A stretch of 64,000 nt of DNA from Eukaryota sp. TZLM1-RC. Lineage: Eukaryota; Protista; Metamonada: BaSk clade. How positions within the stretch are numbered: the first letter of the stretch is position 1; the number at the start of each line of letters is the position of its first letter. Positions 1-10,536 of this stretch are shown piece by piece. The stretch covers positions 310,001 to 374,000 of the forward strand of contig JAUPSS010000005.1 in assembly GCA_040285825.1 (NCBI GenBank), written 5' to 3'. The position numbers were made by a program, and so were the translations under genes. Under the pieces are notes generated by a model. The model saw only the letters and a program-made list of their open reading frames with translations, did no database searches and was not told the DNA's origin.

Positions 1-743
1 ACTTCACCAGAAAAAATATTAATCAAAGCTACCTGTGGACCAGTAATCACGTCATCAATCACGTCATCAACTGCCTCCTCACCACACTCAGATACTTGCG
101 GGGAAAAGGCAACTGCAATAACAGAAGTACAAGGACTTTGGGCCAATGAATTGACCACAAAAGACGAAGGAAACAGAGCAGAATCAAAAGAATAAATGAC
201 TTTTCCAGTCTTGAAATTCACCAAATTGAGAAAACAATCTCCTCCAATTATAACTTTATTTACCAAACCTGGAGGGTGAAGTAAACAAGTACCATTGGGG
301 GTAGTAGAATGGGAATGGTGAAGGGAAAAGGTTTGCTGGCGAGAGGAGGAGGGATCGTCGACAGTGGTGGAAAGTTCATAGAGGTTAAGTGTACCGTCAG
401 TAGAGTAAGAAAGGAAATGGGTGTTGAGGGAGAGTAGAGAGGCTATGTGGGCATGAGAAGAGAGGACGACAGAAGTTGTTTGAGATCCAGGTGTCCACGA
501 GTAGACAGAATTGGATATAGAAAAGACTAAAACTCGCTTCACCCATATCATGTGACTGATAGGTCCAGGAAGAGGAGGACCAGTGTAGAGTATGTGTAAT
601 CGATCTGTGGAGTAAACAATGAAGGAATGTTCAACTGCCGCAGCAATCATAGATGAGTTGCCTTGGGTATGAAGTGCCAGTGGACCAGTGGCAACAGCCC
701 CATGTGTTCGTAAAGGTGCATATAAAGCTGATGAAGCAACCAT
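1..743 (-). CDS. UTP21: U3 snoRNP WD40 protein Utp21/WDR36, N-terminal part (runs off the window start)
   Basis: Not in the ORF track. Manual translation from ATG at 743 gives MVASSALYAPLRTHGAVATGPLALHTQGNSSMIAAAVEHSFIVYSTDRLHILYTG...HPPGLVNKVIIG...LAQSPCTSVIAVAF, matching the Utp21/WDR36 N-terminal pattern (F-x-P-F-R, 'HPSTYLNK', 'QSPALDVVAVG'). Confidence 0.75.
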   Translation of the reverse strand, partial: MVASSALYAPLRTHGAVATGPLALHTQGNSSMIAAAVEHSFIVYSTDRLHILYTGPPLPGPISHMIWVKRVLVFSISNSVYSWTPGSQTTSVVLSSHAHIASLLSLNTHFLSYSTDGTLNLYELSTTVDDPSSSRQQTFSLHHSHSTTPNGTCLLHPPGLVNKVIIGGDCFLNLVNFKTGKVIYSFDSALFPSSFVVNSLAQSPCTSVIAVAFSPQVSECGEEAVDDVIDDVITGPQVALINIFSGE

Positions 744-959
744 TATTGAGGATGTTCAATTTTTGTTCAACTCCACAAAACAGATGCAAAAATCTCAATT
801 AAATTCAATTGTGGTTTTCGTTTTGTGCGCATAATTATTAAATCATTCTTTCACCACACCACTTCTTCCACCAACACTGTTCTGTTTACCAACACTTGAA
901 CGAACACTATAATAAAAGATGAATCGATAATATCATGTTTTTTTTTCAAAAAAACTGGA

Positions 960-1742
960 ATATTTATTGAGATAAAAATAACCATCTAGAATTCAATATC
1001 CTCCAAACAAGCGTCACTATTACTGAACCTACTCACAGCATTACGTTCATATTCTACACCAATAGCTAAAAGTGCCTTTGAAATCATTGTTGGAATAGAC
1101 TTGAAAATGCAAAAAACAATTCTATTTAACCAGAAAGTGGAGTTCATTGTTTTACCAGACCTATTCAGTAACACTTTTTTAAAATTTTCCAAAAAGTGCA
1201 AGCCTGAAGGTCCAATATTGCCAAAAAGAGAAATTGCAAACGGCACAAACTGATATTTCACATGTTCCACTCTACCTAACTGTGCCAAAGGTTCTTCATA
1301 TTTTTTTATCTTCTTTTTTTCGGCGTTAGATAACGGCGAGTCAGCGGAATACACTAAACGAGCAGCAGAATTTTTGCAAACATCCACTGAGACAACGTCT
1401 ACAACATTGAGAACACCATCGATCCCTGGAGCTACTAAATCTGCCCTTCTTTTACCAAAGGAATCATCAGTTTGATGTGAAGACAGCTTACGTACTAGTG
1501 GCTCAATAAATGCCTCTATATTGAAACTTTTGCACATGGCATATAATTGATCACGAACTGAGTCATGAACAAGTGAGCGATAAGTTATAAAATACTTACA
1601 GTTTAAAATATGGGAAAGCGTAACAACACTCTTGCAGCGACAAATTAAATCATTTGGCAATGAACAAGGCCATAGAAAACATCTCAATCTCATTGCAGTG
1701 GTCCATTGGTGATCATTAAGTAGAAGGCCTAGTTTTGGAACT
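960..1742 (-). mobile_element. 5'-truncated CRE-like RLE non-LTR retrotransposon (family F1): zinc knuckle + PD-(D/E)xK endonuclease
   Basis: ORF 986..1693 has CxC-x7-H-x3-C, RSLVHDSVRD, RADL...DV...AEKKKIKKY and FVPFAISLFG, as in the C-terminus of CRE/SLACS-type elements. The frame extends to about 1742; AATAAA follows the stop. Confidence 0.8.
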
Positions 1743-2982
1743 ATTAGTTATGTGGTGAGTATTAGCACTTTTAGTTACAATTTAAATCACCTCAAATACT
1801 ACCATCACTAATATTATATATTATTATATACATTATTATATAAATATTATTCAATAGTATTTACACACATTATTATCAACCATGCACATTCAAAACAGTG
1901 AAGGTTCAGAAATAGGTAATTGCCCAGAAAATCTTCCTTCTCAAGAGTCCGAACCTGAATCCAAGGGAATAGGTTTCACTCATAGCAGCGTGGACGTCTT
2001 CAGACTTATCATCGTATCACACTACATTAATATGAAATTGGTCAAAATCAATGTCTGCAAGGAAGCCATGTTGACATTACAAAAGTCTTCAATGCAGTTT
2101 CAATTGGAGTTCATTAAGTTCAAAAACAACTAATTGTTAACAATTATCACCAATTTTAGGGTCAATAAAACAAAATTGATGTACAGAAGAAATAATTAAA
2201 CAACATTAAAACACCTCTGAAATTAGACATTTGCCTGAGTTAAGAAAGAATTGTGTTCAATAGCAATTGATGACATCTGAATAAAGAATACATTACATTT
2301 TAAATGTGTTGACAGGGTTACAACTGGTAGTCAAGATAGACGTTGATTAAAATAACCAAAAATAGTACTGGACGATAGTGTCGAATTAAAAGTTAGAATA
2401 TTGTTTAAAGTTCTCCAACTACGAGTTCTGTGGTGGATTCGTCAGCATACTGTCCACCTTCAAAACCAGAATAAGATTAAAGGTTTATTGCAAAGCACCA
2501 GAATAATCACTCAAAAATCAACATAATCAAGCAACAGTCTATTTAAATCTAGTTCTTAAGTTCTGTTGTCCAACATCCAATAACAATTAATAACTATTGA
2601 TTTGTATGAGAAAACTAATGTAACTTTGAGGTTGAGAAGTTTACTGAAATCAACACAAAAAAACCTTATTTATTCCTTAGAAACGGTAAATAAAAAACAA
2701 ATCACGTAAAACAAAAATGTATTTTCATTTGATAATCAAACAGTACAATACTTTTCATGTTATTGCTACTCGACTATAGTAATAATTTTCAGTCCATGAT
2801 CGAGGTAGAGTCTCAAGTATTTTCATAGAATACCGTGATCATAATTAAACATTAAAGTAATCACTTGTCCAGTGTATTTATAGATAAAAACAAATCCAAA
2901 AAAACAAATAAAATTCTATCTCACACACAAAAATAGCTGAGAAATTGCTGAAATTCCAATTTAGGTTAAGTAATTAAATAAT

Positions 2983-4167
2983 TTAAATCAAAGAAGACAC
3001 ATCAGCAGGAAGTTCCTCAATCGAACACCCATAAAACTGTTCAATATCCTTAATTAAACCCAAATCATCATTAGTTGCTAAATTTATCGCCAACCCTTTC
3101 CTTCCATATCTTCCACTCCTACCAATTCTGTGAAGATAAGTTTCCCTGGACGAAGGAACATCAAAGTTGATGACAACCGAAACCTGGGAAACGTCAATTC
3201 CTCTTGCAATAATATCAGTTGCAATCAGAATTCTGACTTCCCCAGACCTGAAACGTGACATGACGTCATCACGGTCAGCTTGCCGCATATCACCACCTCT
3301 GATTAAGGCAACTGTAAAATTATTTTCTTTTAACCTATTAGATAACCAATCAGCCTTTTTCCTTGAATTAACGAAAATCACAGCCTGAATAATGGAAACA
3401 GTCTCGTAGAGGTCACATAAAGTGTCAAACTTCCATTCTTCCTTGTCAACAGCTACATAATATTGTCTAATAAAGCTCAACGTGAGCTCATCTCGTTGAA
3501 CTAAAATTTTGACGGGATTGGTCATGAAATTTTCGGTAATCTCTAGCACTTCAGGTGGTAAAGTCGCCGAAACTAAAACTACTTGAACATTACTGGGAAG
3601 ATACTTATACAGATCATACAAATCTTCTTTAAACCCAGCAGAAAGCATTTCATCAGCTTCATCTAAAATCAAACACTTGATATTTCTAGTTCGTAAAATA
3701 TTCTTCTTGACAAAGTCTAGCACCCTTCCTGGGGTACCAGAAACGACTTGACATCCATTGTCAACTTTCTTAATGTCTTCCCTCGTGGACTGTCCACCCC
3801 TGAGACAAACAGAGGTCACATGGAGGTACTCGGAAAAGGAAGTAACATTTGAGTGAATTTGTTGGGAAAGTTCTCTGGTTGGGGCGATTATCATGATCTG
3901 GGGTTCATTAGAGCTTCTATCCACCATTTGAAGGGAGGCAATTGAGAACATTGTTGTTTTACCAGTTCCAGATTGAGCTTGGGCAATGACATGTTTTTTT
4001 GAGAGGATGGGTACCAATGCACGCTGTTGAATGGCAGAAGGTCTTCTGATTTCAAAAGCATATATACCTCGAAGTAGTTCTTGAGAAACACCCATTGATT
4101 GAAAGGTGTTGTAAACCTTGATTCCTGAAGAAGTGGACCACCTATTTTGTGGATGAAGTCCAGACAT
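2983..4167 (-). CDS. EIF4A3: DEAD-box RNA helicase eIF4A-III (exon junction complex core; Fal1/DDX48)
   Basis: AQSGTGKT, PTRELS, TPGRV, LDEADEML, SAT and HRIGRSGRYGRKG motifs; 'KEEWKFDTLCDLY' and 'RDELTL' favour eIF4A-III over eIF4A-I. Confidence 0.92.
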   Translation of the reverse strand: MSGLHPQNRWSTSSGIKVYNTFQSMGVSQELLRGIYAFEIRRPSAIQQRALVPILSKKHVIAQAQSGTGKTTMFSIASLQMVDRSSNEPQIMIIAPTRELSQQIHSNVTSFSEYLHVTSVCLRGGQSTREDIKKVDNGCQVVSGTPGRVLDFVKKNILRTRNIKCLILDEADEMLSAGFKEDLYDLYKYLPSNVQVVLVSATLPPEVLEITENFMTNPVKILVQRDELTLSFIRQYYVAVDKEEWKFDTLCDLYETVSIIQAVIFVNSRKKADWLSNRLKENNFTVALIRGGDMRQADRDDVMSRFRSGEVRILIATDIIARGIDVSQVSVVINFDVPSSRETYLHRIGRSGRYGRKGLAINLATNDDLGLIKDIEQFYGCSIEELPADVSSLI

Positions 4168-4212
4168 CGGCTAATAGGACAAAAATGTCAAATAGTAGTA
4201 ACACGTTGAGAT
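4163..4212 (-). promoter_or_regulatory. 45-nt leader plus ATGTC shared with the unrelated gene starting at 24835
   Basis: Ungapped alignment of 4168-4212 with 24836-24880 gives 35/45 identities; both abut ATGTC. Function unknown. Confidence 0.6.
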
Positions 4213-4237
4213 TATTGGAAGATGAAGATGAAATGAA

Positions 4238-5640
4238 TCAAGTTGATATTTTCAAAACTTGAGGACTTTCATTTCCTTTAAGATACTGATCCACAACATG
4301 AATCATATCAAGAACAACATTGACATTACGATTCCATAGACATCCACACTTCTTGCAAATGAGTTATCCATGTCTAAGGACCTTTGGAGTCTTTGCTCTC
4401 CTGTAAGGTCTTGGGTTAGGTACTCAATGTTTCTTTATATTTTCGCCTTTTTCCCCCTCGAGTACACATACATGACATTTACAACTCGTTCTATATCCCT
4501 GCACAGTTGTAGACGGAAGTGACGTTTTTTAAACATCTTTCGATAACCAACAATCTTTGTAGGTGCTTGATGTTTAAAATTGGTTTGATAATGGGAATTC
4601 TTCATGATGTAGAGTTTTTTTTGAAAATTGTTTTAGTTGTTCTTCCCACTCCTTTTCAGTTTTGTTTTGATTAGTCCATGATTCTTTGACATCCTTCAGA
4701 ATTTTTGATGGTCTTTGTTCAGAGTTTGTCTTCTTCTTTGAGGAGCAGTGAGCCTCTTGAAAGTATATTCCTTTAGTTTTGTTTTCTTGTTTTCATTTGG
4801 AGGAGGAGGATTTTGTTTTGGCCCGAAGTCTAGAATCTTTTGTTTTGCCTTTTTGTCTTTTTCCATTCTGTTAATAAAACCACTATTCCTTTTTTTTGTT
4901 TTCTTCATGACGCTATTCGTCCCATTCTAATCTGCAATCTGTTGGAATTTGGGCAATTTAATTTCGTTTCCCAGCCATCAATTGGTCTCTAATGCCATGG
5001 TCTTTTACTGTGTGAAGGTATTATTTATCAGCTCATCTCGTGGAAGATCACTCAAGTACGGATCTTTTTCACCATTTTCGAACTTCTTAAGATGACCCTC
5101 CCCAGCTGTATCTTTTCTTATAAGGCAACTGACACCATCAGTCCTTATAGAAAAATTTAAGCAATAATCTTTCTGTTGGAAAATTCTTTTACCCGTCCGC
5201 TTTATCCATTTCCAATATTGATGTTGGAAGTTTTCTGAATTTCCACCCAGTAGCTCTTCAGAAATTCTCCGGTAATTTGATTCATCTGAGATTAAAATTC
5301 TGTAAATTGCCTGGGTATTCCAGAAAGCATGCCCAGGTATCTCAGTGGTTAGAAGTGGAAATAAATTATGATTAAAATGATCATTATTTGAGAAGGAATT
5401 ATTTTTCAAAAAAATTAATTCCCTTGAACAAAAATAAACATGAAATCAGGCATTCTAGTGGGTCGTCATTAAAAAAGTAATTTACTCTTTGAATTTCATC
5501 TAAATTAGGTAAAAATAAGTATAAATTTCGATGTAAAAACATAATTCTTGGAGAAAACAGTTCTTTAAGGCTGTCAATAATCACAACATGATCCGGTAGA
5601 GTCAATTTAAGCTGATAAAAGATATTGAATAACAAAAAGT
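4238..5640 (-). pseudogene. Decayed Fanzor1 (eukaryotic TnpB-like RuvC nuclease)
   Basis: FSIRTDGVS (5005..5409), degenerate IDPG-like RuvC-I near 4960-4985, YTFKRLTAPQRR, HQAPTKIVGYRKMFKK, and C-terminal LRHG*LICKKCGCLWNRNVN at about 4320-4385. Many stops and frameshifts. Confidence 0.8.
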
Positions 5641-5978
5641 GAGGATGAATCGAAGGATAAACAACACTATGTAAAGGTTGAAATATTCTAAATTCTATAC
5701 ATCTTATTTATAAAATCCAGCTACTCAACCATCTGCTTTCATATTACATTTTGTTATAGATTTTGTTATCATATTCATTTAAAACATTCGTACTTAAGTT
5801 CACAACCTTCATAATAATCTTCGTAAAATAACCAATAAAGTTCGCCTTTTATACTGAACTGATTATTAGTTTTTAATGCCTTTTACTCCATCACCATTGT
5901 TCAACGTATATTTCACCAAAACGGAAATCTACTACTTCTACAACTATGAAACGTATAACATCTAGAGGTAGAGCTCTT

Positions 5979-6254
5979 CAAAATTCAAGAACTTCAACAA
6001 AATTGGAATCTGAATAGGCCAATGTCAAACTAGTCCCATGCCACGGACTGCTACACTGTCAAAACAGTGAATGTGGCGTCTATTGGGATAGGGATGTAAA
6101 CAGTGCTGTAAAAAGGTACATGATTACGTGCTCTCACATTCATGATAATTGTAGACCAGTGGTACTGCAACGATCAGAGAGTGGGAAAGAATGTTTAAAG
6201 TATCAGTTTTAAGATTCAGTACCATGGATTGAAACGTACATATTTTGAGATACC
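5979..6254 (+). mobile_element. Fanzor 3'-end remnant (Zn finger + RuvC-III + right end), same family as 58848-62870
   Basis: Translates VKLVPCHGLLHCQNSECGVYWDRDVNSA; closely similar to the reverse complement of 58848-59120; homology ends at TTTTGAGATACC. Confidence 0.85.
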
Positions 6255-6312
6255 AAAAAAGATATTCTCGTTCTCTTAGTTTCTTCTCTTCCTCTGGGCC
6301 CCATCTCTCTAC

Positions 6313-8119
6313 ATGCCTTCTATTCACTACAAGGCCAAGTCCAGTCGCAATTATGAATCTTTGTCTTTTGAGGGAAATTCACTTACTCTCGCCGACTTCA
6401 AGGATAGAGTTATAAAAGAGAAGAAGTACAGAAATGTAGACCTCTCAGTTACCGACTCTGTTACTGGTCACGGTATGTTATACCACCTCTCATCTCATTC
6501 AAGAATACACCGACCCTGACCATCACCTCCCAAAGAACTCTTCCGTCATAATTCGTCGTGTCCCCCTCATTTTCTCTGCTGAACCCACCCCTTCCGCTGA
6601 ACCCTCAAAGAAAGCTGAACAATCCCAAGGAGAACAACAGAAACCCGTAGATTTCACAGCTCCTCTCTCCACAACCACTTCTTCCTCCTCTTTTACCCGC
6701 AAGACACTCCTTCCCCATATGAAGCTGGAATCTCAACAACCAATGGATGAAAAGTCGCGTCTACTATCCATGATGGAATCCACACAACGAAAGCCCTCTG
6801 ACTCACAGACCCTTAAGCAAAGCATGCTCTCAAAACCCCCACCCCCAAACTATAAGTGTTATAGATGTAATGTTGGAGGTCATTGGATCCAGCATTGTCC
6901 TGCCTCGAAAGACCCTGAACATCAACAGAAAGTTCAACCAAAGGCTCCTACTGGTATACCCAGAAACTTTCTCAAACGAGCAGAAGATGAAGTTGGAGAG
7001 TCTGCTATCGTAGACCAGGGTGTAGAAGACCGTCATGCAGGTTATAGGCTTCCCACTGGTGGGTTAGCAGTTCTTCAGCCTAATGAAGATCAATTTCAAC
7101 GATTTTTAGGTAAGAAACAAACAATAAACAATTTTCCAATTGCACCTCAATCTAATGTTGTACCTGAATCATTAGAAGAATACAAGGACGTTCCCTCTGA
7201 ACTTGCTTGTGTGGTATGCACAAGGCTAATGAATAACCCAGTAGCTGTTCAGTGTTGTGGACACTCTTTTTGTGTATTGTGTATTACCAAAACTATACAA
7301 AATGATCCAAATAGGCGATGTCCTGTCTGTAGAAGAGGCAATGTATCTGAATCATCATTCTTTCCCAATAGATCCCTTGCTAATTTCATTGAGAAATTCA
7401 AGCAAGATAATCGAGCTAATGTGATAACTTCCACTGCTCCTGCTGCTGAACCTGAAGTCTCTCCTTCAATGCCATTGGAACAAGAGTATGAATATGTGTC
7501 CACCATTGTACAAGCCATGATTAGCAGGAACCATGTAGAATTACCTTTGGAAGAACTTCCTGAAGATCAACTTGATTCATTATTACATCTTTTGTTATCT
7601 GATTGTATTCGTGCTGCTCGTGTAGCATTGATTAGTGCTGGTTTTCAGTTGGATGACCCTTCCCGTCCTATTCTATTGAAAGATTTACCGTTGCACTCTA
7701 AATTAGTTGAGCTGGTTAAACAACATCGTATAAATGCTATTGATAAAATAAAAAAGCAACAAGAGAATCTTGAACTTGAACAACAACGTCTTGCAGAAGA
7801 AGAACGCCAACGCGAACTTCGTAACAAAGAACAACAACAAAGAGAACAGCAACGTCAAGAAGAACTTGAACGAGTTGAACGTATACGACAACGCGAAGCC
7901 ATGGACGTCGGATACAGACGAAGGGAGGAAGACCACTTTGCTGAGCCATCACCCAAGAGATATCGCTCTGATGATGTTTACTCTCCTGCAAGAGACCATC
8001 GTCCTGATTGGCGGGAAATCCCCCGTTACTCGGTGTATAGAAGACGCTTTGAAGATCGTTATGAACGAGATTCACACTCAAGAGACAGATATGACCATCA
8101 TTCATACAGACGCTATTAG
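6313..8119 (+). CDS. RBBP6: RBBP6/Mpe1 (DWNN ubiquitin-like + CCHC knuckle + RING), join(6313..6472,6504..8119), about 591 aa
   Basis: MPSIHYKAKS DWNN start. Removing the GT-AG intron 6473-6503 gives TGHEYTDPDHHLPKNSSVIIRRVP in frame with ORF 6719..8119 (PPPNYKCYRCNVGGHWIQHCP, TGIPRNFL, RING CVVC...CCGHSFC...CPVC). Confidence 0.92.
6473..6503 (+). other. 31-nt spliceosomal intron
   Basis: GTATGT...TTCAAG; removal restores the conserved DWNN motif and the frame. Confidence 0.9.
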
Positions 8120-8242
8120 TCTTTTTGTTCATTTTATACATTTTAAATGTTTTTGTTAAAAATAAACACTTTTATTTTTCAAATACAATTAATCCCATTC
8201 ACAGGACACTTATTCCGTTGTTATAGACAATAACTGTCAATC

Positions 8243-9190
8243 ATGATAACGTCTCCCACTGCATCACAACTTCGTCTCACAGATCATAACATTCGTGAAT
8301 ATTGTGAAATCCCTCCAGAGGTGGACTCTTTCCACATCACATCGCTAGCTCTTAATCATGAAATGGGACGTCCAAAGATACAATCTATAGGGAACTCGCT
8401 TGTACACTTCTCTAATCTTCTATCCTTGGATCTCTCCAGAAACGTCATCTCATCTCTCTCTGGTCTCGAACCCTGCACGAAACTCCAACACCTAAATCTC
8501 TACTACAACAAGATCTCCTCTCTTGATGAAATATCAAAACTCCGAAAGAACACTCGTCTGCAGTCCCTTGACCTCAGACTTAATCCCATCTGTCGGCTGA
8601 TACCCAACTACAGAATAGAAGTCCTCCTGCGCATTCCTTGGTTATCATCCCTGGATAGTAGAACAGTTGAGGAGGACGAACGTCGTGAGCTCAACCTTGA
8701 CCCCATACCTTCCCCAGACTCTCTATCTGCAAGTACGGATAAAGAAGTAGAGGGACAACAAGATGAACAAGATCTTAACCAATCTTTCTCCAGCCCAGAA
8801 CCATCTCCTCGATTGTCCCCGGTAGCTTCCAGTGTGCAGGAGTGTACAGAGTCGCTGTTACTTTTGTTTGATAAGATTGGCTTGGGTATTGCAAAGGGAA
8901 AACAATCTGCATTGAAAAATGCTCTTGTTGAACTCTTGGAACCAGTTGTTAAAACTTCCTTTGATGAAGGTGTCCGTAGTGTGAGGGAAGGTTCCTCCAT
9001 GGTTGCCTACAAGGAAGATAATGATGAGGAGAGGAAAATGTTGAAGGAGAGTCATCAGGCTTTGATTGCTAGTAATGCAGAGCTCTTAAGTGAGATAAAG
9101 TCATTGAGACAACGAGAGGAGGAGCTTACGGCTGCTTGGGAAGAAAAGTTCAACGAGTTGAGGGAACAGTTCAGTGAAATCGTTCCGTAA
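8243..9190 (+). CDS. LRR + coiled-coil protein, CEP72/LRRC36-like
   Basis: SLDLSRNVI, LNLYYNKI, LDLRLNP..R...YR...LD...V...ER LRR-cap pattern typical of CEP72/LRRC36; C-terminal coiled coil. Confidence 0.7.
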   Translation: MITSPTASQLRLTDHNIREYCEIPPEVDSFHITSLALNHEMGRPKIQSIGNSLVHFSNLLSLDLSRNVISSLSGLEPCTKLQHLNLYYNKISSLDEISKLRKNTRLQSLDLRLNPICRLIPNYRIEVLLRIPWLSSLDSRTVEEDERRELNLDPIPSPDSLSASTDKEVEGQQDEQDLNQSFSSPEPSPRLSPVASSVQECTESLLLLFDKIGLGIAKGKQSALKNALVELLEPVVKTSFDEGVRSVREGSSMVAYKEDNDEERKMLKESHQALIASNAELLSEIKSLRQREEELTAAWEEKFNELREQFSEIVP

Positions 9191-9667
9191 TGTTCTATTT
9201 GTACTTTAATATTATTTTCATCTTTATTTAAATTTTTATCTTTTTATTTTTCTTTCTCGTTATTTTCATTTGTGTTTTTAGGCACATTTATTGTATAAAT
9301 AATTTTTTCTGTTGGACTATGAAAATTATTGTGTCATTTTATCGCTTTTTTTACTAGTTACTTTTTAAAACTTTTTTAACAGATGATAGTGGTAATAATC
9401 TAATTGGCATCAGGACCATTAGTTTCTCTTTTGATTGATGAAATCGACTGGTAGAAGTAATTCTAGTTTGACCTACTGGTTGGATTCACGACCTCAACTT
9501 ACAACTTACTTTTATTCAAACCTGGGAATGACAACTACTTCCGTTTGTCGTGACATCAACATTTTATTGGTGTATATTATATAGATTATAATTTAATTAT
9601 TGAATAAAATTCAAAGGGGTTGATTGTCATGACGTCATGATCAGATATGCGTTTTTTAACTTTTGAC

Positions 9668-10281
9668 TAGTGTTGTCAAATGACTTAAGTCAAGAGAATT
9701 GACTTGGAAATTGCCAAGTCGACATGCGAAAAATGCCTCAAATTGAAAAACGATTTGGTGTGTCTTTTCATCAAAATACAGGTGCTCATGCTAGATTAAC
9801 ATCAATTTATTGATAAACCACATATACTGCTGCATTCTCGGAACAGTGTTTACAGACATTCAGTTTGAGTGCATCCATTCCTTCTTGTTTAAAGGTGCAT
9901 TCGTCAAAGTGGTCATAGGCACCTGATCTTTTCTGCTTGCGAGGTGGACTCAGTATTGTTCTCAAGTCATCAGGGGGAGAAGAAAGAGAGAAGCAAGAAA
10001 GAAGACTTCCACTACTTTTGATTTTGTTTAAGTTTATTCTTGTTCCTGGTGTTCATGAGAACGCCGTTTTGTATTCTGTGCAAGTTTGTAAAGCTATTTA
10101 ATACAATAGTTATTAAAATAGTATTTATTGAAACAATACATTTTTCCTTAAATTTACATTTTTGTAATGTAACAAATTCGAAAACAACGACAATTTAAGT
10201 CGACCTGACTTCCACTCGAGTCAAATGAGAAAAACTGACTTGACTTGAGATCGACTTGGCTCAAGTCATTTGACAACATTA
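9668..10281 (-). mobile_element. Non-autonomous hAT DNA transposon (614 bp) with BED zinc-finger remnant
   Basis: About 27-bp TIRs TA(G/A)TGTTGTCAAATGACTT(A/G)AG(T/C)CAAG; 8-bp TSD CTTTTGAC at 9660-9667 and 10282-10289; subterminal TGACTT/AAGTCA repeats; minus strand reads KRSGAYDHF...CKHC...ST..LMKRH (BED-like). Confidence 0.9.
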
Positions 10282-10536
10282 CTTTTGACACCAAATGAAT
10301 TTCGTTGTTGTTTTGTTTTAGAATTTTTTAATGAACTACAACCCTTAATCAAAATAAATCAGAACTAATGGGACTAAAAATCAATTAACCAAGATTTCCT
10401 CTACACAATCCTTGTTTTGTCGAGTGTTAAAGTTTAATAAATACTATAAAGTTATAAACATATTTCACTGTAAACATTGAAGATATCCTTTTCTCAACAA
10501 TTACAAAACCAGGTCATATGAAGATTCAGTTGTGTG

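Noticed and set aside
986-1693. Domesticated stand-alone endonuclease gene
   Set aside because: The frame continues upstream of the Met and breaks at about 1742 like the other 5'-truncated copies; no evidence of its own start.
1742-1880. Imperfect inverted repeat (about 1742-1812) and AT-rich (TATTA)n tract
   Set aside because: Short, gapped, no TSD; compatible with low-complexity chance.
1882-2133. 83-aa ORF
   Set aside because: No recognisable motif; lies in decayed intergenic DNA.
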